In this document: piece after piece, positions 30,436 to 39,794 of the stretch
Position numbering within the stretch: position 1 is the first letter of the stretch
Layout of the letters: each line of letters starts with the position of its first letter
Source: Candidatus Poribacteria bacterium
Lineage (GTDB): Bacteria; Poribacteria; WGA-4E; PCPOR2b
DNA length: 64,000 nt
NCBI GenBank assembly: GCA_965198175.1
Contig: OZ240245.1
Coordinates: forward strand, 3,552,001-3,616,000
Reading direction: 5' to 3'
The notes under the pieces: model-generated
Database searches by the model: none
What the model was told of the DNA's origin: nothing
The model's input: only the letters and a program-made list of their open reading frames with translations
Program-made: the position numbers and the translations under genes

Positions 30436-32991
30436 CTACTTTTCCGCCGTCAGACGTGGGGTTATTTCTGCGAAATTGGTCTCCAAGTGCTTGTCGAATA
30501 CCAACTCAAATACGCCTGTTAGCGTCGTGCCTTCAATCAGCCTAATCGTGCCCGCAACATTAAACGCGCCTTCGAGTGTTTCCAGCACCTTTTTCTTGTA
30601 CTGGGTATCTTGGTTCTCGCTGAGGTGTTCGCCTTTTGTGTCGAAAATCAGTACCCGTTTCTCATCATCTCCCCGACTTGCAAGTGCTACAAAGTCTGGG
30701 TAAATGCGCCCCTGTTTCCAGCCTTGCAGGTAATACTCCCCCTTTTGACGTGCTGCGACACGATGCCACCATTTCAACGCCTTCTGTTCGTCCAGATAAC
30801 GAGCAAAACTGATTTCCAACTTATTGAATTGGCTTACAAACACTGGTTCAAACAGACTTAACTGTAATGGTTCATAGCTCTTTCTAGTAAGTAGCGTATC
30901 ATTGTCACCAACAAAAAGTTCATAATTGCCTACCATTCTGTAATTTGGTTTTTCAGTCTCTAAATCAAACCGAATTTCGCCACCGTTCAACTTCTCCTGA
31001 AAAACTGTCTCCGCTTGTGTTTCCACTTCGTTTCTTACATGCTCTCGCAGCACTTGTGTAAGATAGGCGCGACGGTCATAGATATAATCCTCTGACTCGC
31101 CTCCCTGTTTGAGGCGGTCAATTAGTTGCTGTGCTATGCGTGCAGCGTGCCACGGATTAGGTACAATGTCGGAAAGATGGCGTGCGAAGTCGGTTACGCG
31201 TACCGTTTTGTCAATGTAAAGGTCCTGGTCGGCGTGATAAACAGGCGGTCTATCGCCAAGGTCAACTGTTGCAGCTTGACGCCTTACGCTGGCGGGTGCG
31301 GATGCGCGCGGATCCAGCGCTGCAATCGCCTCCCAGTCAATATGTGGGAGGATATGACGCTGATAGTCAAGTTGAATCCAATCCCCGCCATTTGAATGGA
31401 GCACTAGCGGCAGAAAGATATCTTCACCCCGATACTGCGTTCGCCGTTCAACGGTTTTCCGAATGGCGTCCGCTTGTCCCTCACCTGTAGCGTTCAGCAC
31501 TTCATCGCCCAAACCTGTAAGTCCCTCCGCTTCTAGACCGTTTTTGACCTGCTTGACGACATCGCCAACCGCAGCGTTATGACAATAGACGTAACACTGA
31601 TCAAGCGATTCCCGTCCGGTAAGCTGCGCGTGTGGTTGACGCATGACTCTGCCTACAAGCTGGGTAATCGCCTTCTGTGCCTGCGTGTTGTCCAGCATCA
31701 CCAACAGGTATGCGAATGGACAATCCCAACCCTCCATTAACGCCGATTTTGTGATTATCCATTTCACCGGGCAAAACTCGGAAAGCAAATCTTCCTTGCC
31801 AAGCTCATCCTTTTCGGCGGATTTCACGCGGATCGCATCCGAGGGCACATGCAAATTGTGTTCGAGATATTGCCGCACATCTTCAGCATGGATATTCTCT
31901 CCATCTCTCTGATCTCTACCCGTTCTTTCGACGCGAACAACGGCGATTGGGCGGATATAACGCCCAGTATTGCTCTCAAGTGATTTGGCTTCGGCATCAA
32001 GCCGGTCTAGTTCCTCGACCGCCTGACTCAGCGTCAGTTGCCACTCCGCATTCGGAAATGATGTCACCTGCACCGGCAACTTAATCATCTCCTCTTTCTT
32101 GAGATCTGGACCGTCAATGTCAACTAGCAGACTGCTGATACCACGGTTCGGCGTCGCGGAGAGTTCAATAACCATACTGGGATCAAGACGAGAAATTGCG
32201 CGTGCAAATTCTTCGTTGGCAACCCGGCTTTTTGAGCCGTAGGCTTTATGCGCTTCGTCTAAAACAACTACGGGGCGCAGTACTTTGAAGACGTTAAAAA
32301 GGCTCTGTTTGACGGGGCCGCGTTCAGAATGACACTCCAGATCGGGATGCTGGTTTTGGAGGCGTGTATCTCCAAACACATCGTCGATTTCGGGGAAAAA
32401 ACTGGGATAACGTCCCGAATCCCGAAATATGCGTAGAAACTCTCTGCCTCTTTGTCGGTTCGCCGCTGGCAGCATCAGCAGCATGACGCACAAGTAGTTG
32501 GCGATGTCGTCACGGTTGAAAGGGTCGTCCTTTTCCAACATTTTGACTCTGCCCGCGCTCGCGCGCTCTAGAGTTTGGCGGTACGGGTGTTCCCGATTCC
32601 ACAGTGCAGCTTTAGTCTGCGCATAGATTGCCTTAGTCGGCACGATCCACAACGTCAGCCCGGTTTGTCGATTGAGACGTTCCAGCGCGGAAGCCGCAAG
32701 CAAGGTCTTGCCTCCGCCTGTCGGCACTTTGAAGCAGATGTGCGGAATTGGACGATTTGCCTCGTCGGTGCGGTCTACGTATGTCGCCGCACGTGACGCG
32801 ACACCCTCACTCTCTTCAAGCTTCTGCCATGCCAATCGGGGATAATTTCTGACCGTATCAGGAATATCGCCTGCAGCATCGGGCCATGCTTCAACCGCAG
32901 TTTCTGACTGATGCCGTGCCGTTTTAAGCGCATCTAACCATCGGCTGAAAGCGTCAAGCGCCCGGTTTTGATACGTTTTCAATTCCATCAT
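30436..32991 (-). CDS. res: Type III restriction enzyme Res subunit (SF2 helicase + PD-(D/E)xK nuclease)
   Basis: FKVPTGGGKT, VVLDEAH, LSATP, EGWDCP and QLVGRVMRQP; C-terminal YPDFV...FDTKG. Confidence 0.9.
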   Translation of the reverse strand: MMELKTYQNRALDAFSRWLDALKTARHQSETAVEAWPDAAGDIPDTVRNYPRLAWQKLEESEGVASRAATYVDRTDEANRPIPHICFKVPTGGGKTLLAASALERLNRQTGLTLWIVPTKAIYAQTKAALWNREHPYRQTLERASAGRVKMLEKDDPFNRDDIANYLCVMLLMLPAANRQRGREFLRIFRDSGRYPSFFPEIDDVFGDTRLQNQHPDLECHSERGPVKQSLFNVFKVLRPVVVLDEAHKAYGSKSRVANEEFARAISRLDPSMVIELSATPNRGISSLLVDIDGPDLKKEEMIKLPVQVTSFPNAEWQLTLSQAVEELDRLDAEAKSLESNTGRYIRPIAVVRVERTGRDQRDGENIHAEDVRQYLEHNLHVPSDAIRVKSAEKDELGKEDLLSEFCPVKWIITKSALMEGWDCPFAYLLVMLDNTQAQKAITQLVGRVMRQPHAQLTGRESLDQCYVYCHNAAVGDVVKQVKNGLEAEGLTGLGDEVLNATGEGQADAIRKTVERRTQYRGEDIFLPLVLHSNGGDWIQLDYQRHILPHIDWEAIAALDPRASAPASVRRQAATVDLGDRPPVYHADQDLYIDKTVRVTDFARHLSDIVPNPWHAARIAQQLIDRLKQGGESEDYIYDRRAYLTQVLREHVRNEVETQAETVFQEKLNGGEIRFDLETEKPNYRMVGNYELFVGDNDTLLTRKSYEPLQLSLFEPVFVSQFNKLEISFARYLDEQKALKWWHRVAARQKGEYYLQGWKQGRIYPDFVALASRGDDEKRVLIFDTKGEHLSENQDTQYKKKVLETLEGAFNVAGTIRLIEGTTLTGVFELVFDKHLETNFAEITPRLTAEK

Positions 32992-33067
32992 AGCGCCACC
33001 TCTTTGTCCTACCTCCCGATACGCCCTCGGCTTGGATAGCCATATTCAAGCTTTGATGTTGTGCCGC

Positions 33068-34693
33068 TTACCTTTCGTAAAGGGCGTGTGGGAGTTGACA
33101 AAAGGTGATGCCCATCCCAGTCAATTCTTTCTGGCTGATGTATTTGCCCGGTGCGAAAACGGTTGCCTTTTTACCGTTTTGACAACTGGCGTCCCGGATG
33201 CGTTCCGCCCGATCCTGGGTGAACATCGCCTCGTTGCTGCGCAGGTATTCGAGATCAGGTTTGTAGAGCATATAGTAATCGATTTTTTCTCCCTTGTGAA
33301 ATAGACCATCATCGTTTTTTGAGGATAACTGGCTTGTGCCCTGTGCGCTCCCAGAGGCGGTATGCAGCAGATAGGCAGCGAGTGATTCATACGCAGGCAG
33401 CGTGTCCCCGGTGAGCATCCCTTCCACATCTATCGGTCTTCCCAACGTGCAGTAGGTGAAGGAGCCACGGTAGCCATCGCGCAGTGAATCGCCGCGGGCG
33501 TTCGGGACGCCATTCATTACCCGGCGCACGCGCTCCGCCGTGATATTGTCGGCGTAATCTTCGCACTCTATGAGGATGAACTTGCGGTTGCCGCCATCTT
33601 CCTTGTTCAAGGCAAGAACTGCGTGGGCGGTTGTCCCGCTGCCGGAAAACGAGTCGAGGATGATGGCGTCCTTACTTGACAAGCGCAGTATCTGCATTAA
33701 TAGGCGACTAGGTTTCGGACTTGTAAATTGTTCTTCTCGTTTGGTAAGGATTGTTTTGACTTCTCTAACCGCCTCCTGATTATGCCCAACATCTTGGTGT
33801 TGCCATATTGTGTTCGCTTTTCTCCCCCGCTGAACTTCTGAAAGAAATCGTTTAAGTCTTGGGAAGGCATTTCCTTTCGATCCAAACCAAATTCGATTAT
33901 CAGCGATTAGTTGCCTCAAGTTATCTTCCGAAAAGACCCAGTGCTTGCCCGTCGGGACGTTAAAAGATTTACCAGTCGGGCCGATAACTTCATAGTACCC
34001 ACCTACCCGTTCTTCATTTGCAACCAAGTCACCCGAAATCCAAGCCCCACGTGGATCATTGTCTGGATTCTTGTAGGCTCGGTCCATTTTCTCTGTTCTA
34101 GGCAACAATGCGATGTTAGCAGTCAACTTGTCCTTCGCATAGACCTGAATATAGTCATGGTTGTCGGAGAAATACTTGGCATCGTTTTTAAGGCTGTGAA
34201 TTTTTTCCCACGTAATATTTGCTAGGAAATTTTGCTCCCCAAAAACCTCATCCATCAGCATCCGCAGATGATGTTGTTCATTATCGTCGATTGAGACAAA
34301 AATTACGCCATCCTCGGCAAGCAGTTCTTTGAGCAGGTGCAGCCTGGGCCACATCATACAGAGCCATTTATCGTGTCGCTCAAGGTCTTCGTTGTCAACG
34401 GGGGCATTCTCTGTGAGCCATTGCTGCATCAGCGGGCTGTTTACACTGTCGTTATAGACCCAGCCTTCATTGCCGGTATTGTAGGGCGGATCGATGTAGA
34501 TACACTTAACTCGGTTCGCGTAGCAGGGCAGCAGGGCTTTGAGAGCTTTTAGGTTATCGCCGTGGATGATGAGATTGTCGTCTGCCCCAGTCGGGTTGCA
34601 GGAGCGTTTTTCGTCCGGTTCAAGCGGTTGGTAGGGGACGGTGAGATGGTGGGCGTAGATGTGCTGTTTTCCTTTGAAATCGAGTGTGGGCAT
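33068..34693 (-). CDS. mod: Type III R-M Mod subunit (beta-class amino-methyltransferase)
   Basis: LIIHGDNL, CIYIDPPYNTG, SIDDNE, then PKP...ILDSFSGSGTTAHAVL (motif IV precedes motif I). AGGAG RBS. Confidence 0.93.
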   Translation of the reverse strand: MPTLDFKGKQHIYAHHLTVPYQPLEPDEKRSCNPTGADDNLIIHGDNLKALKALLPCYANRVKCIYIDPPYNTGNEGWVYNDSVNSPLMQQWLTENAPVDNEDLERHDKWLCMMWPRLHLLKELLAEDGVIFVSIDDNEQHHLRMLMDEVFGEQNFLANITWEKIHSLKNDAKYFSDNHDYIQVYAKDKLTANIALLPRTEKMDRAYKNPDNDPRGAWISGDLVANEERVGGYYEVIGPTGKSFNVPTGKHWVFSEDNLRQLIADNRIWFGSKGNAFPRLKRFLSEVQRGRKANTIWQHQDVGHNQEAVREVKTILTKREEQFTSPKPSRLLMQILRLSSKDAIILDSFSGSGTTAHAVLALNKEDGGNRKFILIECEDYADNITAERVRRVMNGVPNARGDSLRDGYRGSFTYCTLGRPIDVEGMLTGDTLPAYESLAAYLLHTASGSAQGTSQLSSKNDDGLFHKGEKIDYYMLYKPDLEYLRSNEAMFTQDRAERIRDASCQNGKKATVFAPGKYISQKELTGMGITFCQLPHALYER

Positions 34694-34714
34694 TGGTAAA
34701 ACTCCTTGAGGTGC

Positions 34715-34749
34715 AGTGGCTAGTGGTCAGTGGCTAGTTGTTAGCAGTT
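34715..34749. repeat. Five degenerate 7-bp tandem repeats
   Basis: AGTGGCT AGTGGTC AGTGGCT AGTTGTT AGCAGTT. Confidence 0.75.
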
Positions 34750-34758
34750 TGCTGCATG

Positions 34759-35175
34759 TTAATTCACCCAATTTTCCAAACGCAGTCCCAGCTCAGCTAT
34801 CCGCCCATAATCGGAATCAGAAGTAACCAAAATTGTGTCAAGAGCAAGAGCCGTCGCAGCAATCCAAAGGTCGCATTCATCTAACGGTGTTCCTTGTTGT
34901 TGCGCCGCAACTCTAATCTTCGCATAGAAATCAGCAACATTTTCTGGGATTGGATCACACGGAATTTCAGCCAATAATACCTCGGCCTTTTGTTGGAGAT
35001 TTTGTCGTCGCTGTCCAGCAGGAAGTCGAACAATTCCGAACAGAATTTCACCTTTGACGATTGGACAGATGAAAAGATAATCCGAATGGACCAGAGATTC
35101 CAAACGTGCTTTAACCGCGGGAGCATCATTCATCAAATAACTCCACGTAGATGTATCCAGAAGATATTTATTCAT
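34759..35175 (-). CDS. PIN-domain (VapC-like) toxin
   Basis: YLLDTS, VKGEILFG, DLWIAATA and LVTSDSDY supply the acidic PIN residues. ATG 35175 overlaps the end of the upstream ORF by 8 nt. Confidence 0.9.
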   Translation of the reverse strand: MNKYLLDTSTWSYLMNDAPAVKARLESLVHSDYLFICPIVKGEILFGIVRLPAGQRRQNLQQKAEVLLAEIPCDPIPENVADFYAKIRVAAQQQGTPLDECDLWIAATALALDTILVTSDSDYGRIAELGLRLENWVN

Positions 35176-37927
35176 GGTTTTCAGATTCATCGGGCCCAAA
35201 AGGCGAATCGAATTTTATGGGTGTTTTTCCTTCCTCGATTGACTGACGCAGCGCCTCAACGTCTTCATGGGTAAGATGCGGTGGTTTTTCCATCGCGCGA
35301 ATTAGGCGTTGTGCTATCGGATTTTTTGCCGTTTTCGCATCCTGTTTCTGCTTCGATTCTGTCCAACCGTGAAACTGCTTTAAATTATCATATGATACTT
35401 CCTCAAGTAATATAGCCTGATGTGCGGTGAGTAGAATCTTGCCGATTTTATTCTTGCCGGTCTCACTGCTCTTACAGGCTTCTTCTATTTGGGGCACGGT
35501 AATCATGGGTGTTTTCAACTTTGCTCGAAATTTTATTTTTTCAAGCCACTGTACGGAAAGGAGCTCTGCCAAGTCTAGCACGACAAGATCCTCCCATTCG
35601 CTACCAATGACTGAGGTCGTAATGAGTGTGTGAGCATAAAAGAGGTTTTCTGAACTGGTTTTGATATCATGAATTACCGCCAAAGCCGCGACGAGCCGTA
35701 TTTGACCTATAGGTTCTTGTGTTTTCATCGCGATTAACACTTCTTTTTTATCCCCGAGCAACATTGACTCTATCTTATCGAGAGCACTGATCAGATTTTC
35801 TCTGATAGGTAGATTTAACGAACTGGCACGCCAAATTGCCAGAATGTCATGCATGTCTAAGTTTATTCGTAGTCGAACTAGAAGGGCTGTTCCTAAAATA
35901 AAAATGATGTTCTCAACAGAAGCAAAGTTGGCTAGAGCAACTATGGATGAAGAATCAACGCCCTTTGCTCTAATTCGTTTCCCCGATTGGTACTGCTCAT
36001 GCATTGACTCAAACGCATTCGCCATTTGATAGACACGATGTGGCAAATCATCATACGTCTTGTTTCTGAATATATATTTGAACTGAAGGAAGGAAAAAGC
36101 GAAGCTTAATGCTGGATCGGCTTCCCGGTCCGGAATCTGCAAGGCATGATCCAAAACTGTTCTTCCACTCCCAAACTTGCATTCAACTTGCGCCAGATAG
36201 AGCCAAATGTTTTCAACTGGAGAATCTGGCAGATTTAGAACTTTTTCATCTGTCTCCGGATTGCTACAGAGAGCTACGCGAGGTTCTTCAGATTCTGGAT
36301 TGTAATTATCACGCTCTTGTTTTGCAATCCATCCTATAGAATAGGCTAAACGTTTCTTTAAGGTAAAATACTTGACATCCTTATTGTCTTGAGGAAACTT
36401 CTCAAATTCTTTCAATGCCAGATTCAATAGCTTTATGCTGTCCAAGTAGTTGCCCGCCTTGAACTGTGCGAATCCCGCATCTGCATACAAACCGATGTAT
36501 CTTTCAGTATTCTCAATCCTTTGGGTTCTTTTTGATCCCTCTTCAAAAAAGGTCGCCGCTTTCCCCCAATTGTTCAACTCTGCGGCACAGATAGCGGCTC
36601 GACGATACTCTTCTAAAGGTCCAAGGTTTAATTGTTCCGATGGTGGATTCCATTCAGGGAGAATACGCTCGTAAATATTTAGTGCTTCTTTGTAGTTTCG
36701 CTGGCCAAAATATACATTGGCTTGTTCTTCCTCTATTACTGGTAGAGCCCCCACTTTTGATACAATATCCTGAAGAACTTTATGAGCGGTATCAGGGTCA
36801 TGCAAATACTCGTCGTGAATGATGGCTTTTCCCCTTGCTGATGCCGCAGTAAGATGGGGATAACCCCAAGCGATAGTTTTTTCAATTGCTTTGTCAAATA
36901 CGTGCAGGCATTCCGTCCAATCCGGATTTTCAAGGTTTGCTTCCGCCCACCAAACTCCATCAATCAAAAGCCGGCAGTCAACGCTGTCATTCTCAAAATC
37001 AGCCAATAGTAGCGCCCGAATTTTCGGCGGAATTTCATCCACAGCGTCAATAAGATCATTGAGAAACGGAGGGTAAATAGGATTAGGTGTACTGTAGCAA
37101 AAACTAAATAGGGTACTGAAATAACTTGATTTATCAGTTTTTTGTTCTTCGAACTGTACCATGTAGGTACGGTTATATATTTCTTGGGCTTCTTTATTAG
37201 TGCTTGTAATATCAATTATTTCTCTTAGATAGTCTACCATCTGTTTGGCTGGAAGTGAGACTTGATAAGTTCTCAATGCTTGTGTCGCCAACATGAGACG
37301 AGACTGCAAATATAGCTGATGTGGCTCGTACAGCTCGGTTTCTTTATCCCATTCTTCAAGTATTTTCAGCGCCGACTTCGGTTCGCCCTCAACTGCAATG
37401 CGATGTTGCAATGACCGAAACAGATTGTTTACAATGGCACCTTCAAGAGATAGTCTTTCAGGAATATCGGGTTCGACGCGAATCAGCCACGAATATTCTT
37501 GGCAGAGCACTTGCCAACTGTCATCTGGAGCAGTCATTAATGCCTCAATGGCATCAATAAGACTATCTTTGTTCCTTCCAGCTATACTGTGTTTGATCGC
37601 AGCCAGTGCCTCTGATATGGTGAGAGCCCTTGTTTTGAGAGATTGATTGAGAACATTAGACGAATCCTCAATCAATGCTGCTTTAATGTGATCAAGAATA
37701 GATTTTTTGTTCAGGGGATGTTTTGCTAGAGTATGCAGAATTGGAACTCTTCGTGTTTTTTCCTCTTCAATTATCTCAAATGTGCGCACTTTGGGAAACT
37801 CACGGGTTTCCACTTGCGGTGAGAACGGATCGCTGTGAAGGACTTGGTTGTCACTTATGGTCTTCTCAACCAAGCTGACTGCTTTAGCGCCCGTTTGCCA
37901 ATCAATAGACTCAATGACTTGCATCAT
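35168..37927 (-). CDS. 919-aa helical-repeat (TPR-like) protein with an antitoxin-like C-terminal tail; likely an N-terminally deleted defence protein
   Basis: TPR-like units EQANVYFGQRNYKEALNIYERIL, RAAICAAELNNWGKAATFFEEG and DAGFAQFKAGNYLDSIKLLNLAL. No Walker A visible. AT-richer than the flanks by eye. Confidence 0.65.
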   Translation of the reverse strand: MMQVIESIDWQTGAKAVSLVEKTISDNQVLHSDPFSPQVETREFPKVRTFEIIEEEKTRRVPILHTLAKHPLNKKSILDHIKAALIEDSSNVLNQSLKTRALTISEALAAIKHSIAGRNKDSLIDAIEALMTAPDDSWQVLCQEYSWLIRVEPDIPERLSLEGAIVNNLFRSLQHRIAVEGEPKSALKILEEWDKETELYEPHQLYLQSRLMLATQALRTYQVSLPAKQMVDYLREIIDITSTNKEAQEIYNRTYMVQFEEQKTDKSSYFSTLFSFCYSTPNPIYPPFLNDLIDAVDEIPPKIRALLLADFENDSVDCRLLIDGVWWAEANLENPDWTECLHVFDKAIEKTIAWGYPHLTAASARGKAIIHDEYLHDPDTAHKVLQDIVSKVGALPVIEEEQANVYFGQRNYKEALNIYERILPEWNPPSEQLNLGPLEEYRRAAICAAELNNWGKAATFFEEGSKRTQRIENTERYIGLYADAGFAQFKAGNYLDSIKLLNLALKEFEKFPQDNKDVKYFTLKKRLAYSIGWIAKQERDNYNPESEEPRVALCSNPETDEKVLNLPDSPVENIWLYLAQVECKFGSGRTVLDHALQIPDREADPALSFAFSFLQFKYIFRNKTYDDLPHRVYQMANAFESMHEQYQSGKRIRAKGVDSSSIVALANFASVENIIFILGTALLVRLRINLDMHDILAIWRASSLNLPIRENLISALDKIESMLLGDKKEVLIAMKTQEPIGQIRLVAALAVIHDIKTSSENLFYAHTLITTSVIGSEWEDLVVLDLAELLSVQWLEKIKFRAKLKTPMITVPQIEEACKSSETGKNKIGKILLTAHQAILLEEVSYDNLKQFHGWTESKQKQDAKTAKNPIAQRLIRAMEKPPHLTHEDVEALRQSIEEGKTPIKFDSPFGPDESENHE

Positions 37928-38163
37928 TCACCTCCTGAGATCTGAGGACGATCTTGCGTTGTGCGTCTTTGACTTGCACTGCCGTAGCAGTTTCGCCTGA
38001 TATTCTGTCAAAGTCTTCCGCGCCTTCCAGATAGAGAATCTCATCATTAGCAAGGTTCAGCCAAGCGTTTACGCTGTGCCAGATTGGATAGAGGCATCCC
38101 CAGTTGATTATGTGCTTGACGCTCAGGATCTGCGTTTAAGGGTTGTCGTTCTTTGTTTGCCAT
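37911..38163 (-). pseudogene. Frameshifted remnant of an N-terminal PD-(D/E)xK-type nuclease domain
   Basis: ATG 38163 gives MANKERQPLNADPERQAHNQL; after a frame change at about 38100 it reads GCLYPIWHSVNAWLNLANDEILYLEGAEDFDRISGETATAVQVKDAQRKIVLRSQEVNDASH*. This fits the G-Y-x-Y-Q / E-x3-D-x-D / Q-V-K pattern in degraded form. Confidence 0.6.
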
Positions 38164-38184
38164 TTCTTCCGATAGCCAAGAGAC

Positions 38185-38219
38185 AGTGGTCAGTGATAAG
38201 TGACTAGTGGTTAGAGATT
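38185..38219. repeat. Five degenerate 7-bp tandem repeats
   Basis: AGTGGTC AGTGATA AGTGACT AGTGGTT AGAGATT; same family and orientation as 34715-34749. Confidence 0.75.
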
Positions 38220-38266
38220 CGTCTGATGTCTCTCATTATGCGAGCTTGTTCAGATCAATCAGGGGT

Positions 38267-38446
38267 GTAGGTTGGGTCGGACTGCCTCTATCACGGACAA
38301 TTTTTGTCGTGAGATTCCAGCCCGAATCCAACCCACGGGGTGATTAGAAGCGTTGGGTTTCGGAACAAACTATCGCCTAAGATCTCTATCGCTTTCCCTA
38401 TTCGGTCACTTGATCTATTCGCTCAGTTGATCTCAACCCAACCTGC
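38267..38446. repeat. REP-doublet/MITE-like element (GTAGGTTGGG family)
   Basis: Ends GTAGGTTGGGT...ACCCAACCTGC (10/11 inverted). Internal AAGCGTTGGGTTTCG is shared with 39795-39994. Confidence 0.65.
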
Positions 38447-38464
38447 GAGTTCTGACCCGTTACA

Positions 38465-38496
38465 GAAACCGAGTTTTCAAGAAAAAACTCGGTTTC
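38465..38496. repeat. Perfect 13-bp palindrome (REP-like or terminator)
   Basis: GAAACCGAGTTTT-CAAGAA-AAAACTCGGTTTC. Confidence 0.7.
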
Positions 38497-38712
38497 AACA
38501 GGGTGATGAAGCAACCTCCAAAACTGTCGCCTAAAATCGCTGCGAAGAACTATCGTACTCACTATTCGTTCGCTTGATCTATTCACTCAGTTGATCCTTT
38601 GTCAGGGGGGAAAGCGGAATCTAGCGGAGTTAGGTTTGCAGAGAAAGATGGGAGGATTATACCATAAACAGTCGGTCTTAACAATCAAAAGGCGGAGATG
38701 CAGCACCGCGGG

Positions 38713-39693
38713 TTATGGCGCAGGTCGCATTTCACCGAGGGAGTTTTCGGCGGGCGAGATGAATTCGACAGCGGGGCTTTCGATGCGACCGTAGGCGTTC
38801 CACACTTTGAAACCCAGAAGGGCTAACAGTTCTGGGGAGGCTGTCTTTAGTACCTCGGGCGAGGTGCCGACGGTGAAGTTTTCCTGCGGTCGAAACTGGG
38901 GACCGCAGAAGGTCGTTATAACTGCCCATCGCGGTGAATCGCTAACGTTTGCACCGGTACCGTGCCAAGTGCGCCCATCCAGCACCAGGGCAGTTCCAGC
39001 GGGACCTTCCGCGGCAACGGTTTCAACATCTTTGTCCCGCTCTGCGTCCGGTTGCTGTCCGATGAGATGACTCCGTGGTACCAGCCGCGTACCACCATTT
39101 TCGGCGGTGAAGTCGCAGAGCATCCACAGGACGTTTCCGACGACAGCGGGAGCGATCATGGTGGGAGGTGCGGCTTTATCCACGTCGAAGCGGCGACGGC
39201 TAATTGAGCCCGGCGGCAGCGGCGACCGTCCTCGGCGTGTGGGTGCTGGCATCCACCACTGGTCGGTGTGCAGATCCATGGCGACACCGCCGGGTTTGGC
39301 GATATTGGCGGTATGGCTGGATAAAAGGTATTCTTGACCGAGAACGTAGGAAATCAGTTCGCGGATGCGCTCGTGGAATAACAGGTTGCGGAAGACTTGA
39401 CCTTTGTTAACTAGCATCCAGATGCGTTGATTGCGCCCGCCGATTGCCTCGGTAAAGGCTTCGGGTCTGAGGCTGCCGTCGGGATTTCGGAAGTCCCCCC
39501 AGTTCTGTGTAGCGCCGCCGTCCTCGAAGGCGAGTCCTCGCTGTTTTTCGGCGGCTGCCTGTTCTTCTAGCCGCGTTCGTAACTCTGCAACGGTTTCGGC
39601 GTTGAGGGCGTCAGCTATGAGGCAATAGCCGAATTCGCCCAGATGTGATTTGGCGAGGTTGAGATTGGTCGTGGGTTCGGGCAGATTATTCAT
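38713..39693 (-). CDS. Phytanoyl-CoA dioxygenase (PhyH) family protein
   Basis: FGYCLIADAL, LHTDQ, LCDFTAENGGTRLVPRSH and TWHGTGAN. Confidence 0.9.
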   Translation of the reverse strand: MNNLPEPTTNLNLAKSHLGEFGYCLIADALNAETVAELRTRLEEQAAAEKQRGLAFEDGGATQNWGDFRNPDGSLRPEAFTEAIGGRNQRIWMLVNKGQVFRNLLFHERIRELISYVLGQEYLLSSHTANIAKPGGVAMDLHTDQWWMPAPTRRGRSPLPPGSISRRRFDVDKAAPPTMIAPAVVGNVLWMLCDFTAENGGTRLVPRSHLIGQQPDAERDKDVETVAAEGPAGTALVLDGRTWHGTGANVSDSPRWAVITTFCGPQFRPQENFTVGTSPEVLKTASPELLALLGFKVWNAYGRIESPAVEFISPAENSLGEMRPAP

Positions 39694-39794
39694 TGTTTTG
39701 CCTTTCATTGTGTTTTCATTACCCCCTCTCGCTCCCCCTTAGTCAGGGGGAGAATTTTTCGGAATCCGTTGTTGTATTTCAATGCGCAGATTTT

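Noticed and set aside
33068..34693. Phase-variable mod gene
   Set aside because: No simple-sequence repeat tract seen in the ORF. The nearby heptamer array is degenerate and upstream of the RBS.
38267..38600. Possible CRISPR array
   Set aside because: Only two imperfect 35-nt copies about 130 nt apart, no regular spacers, and no cas genes in the window.
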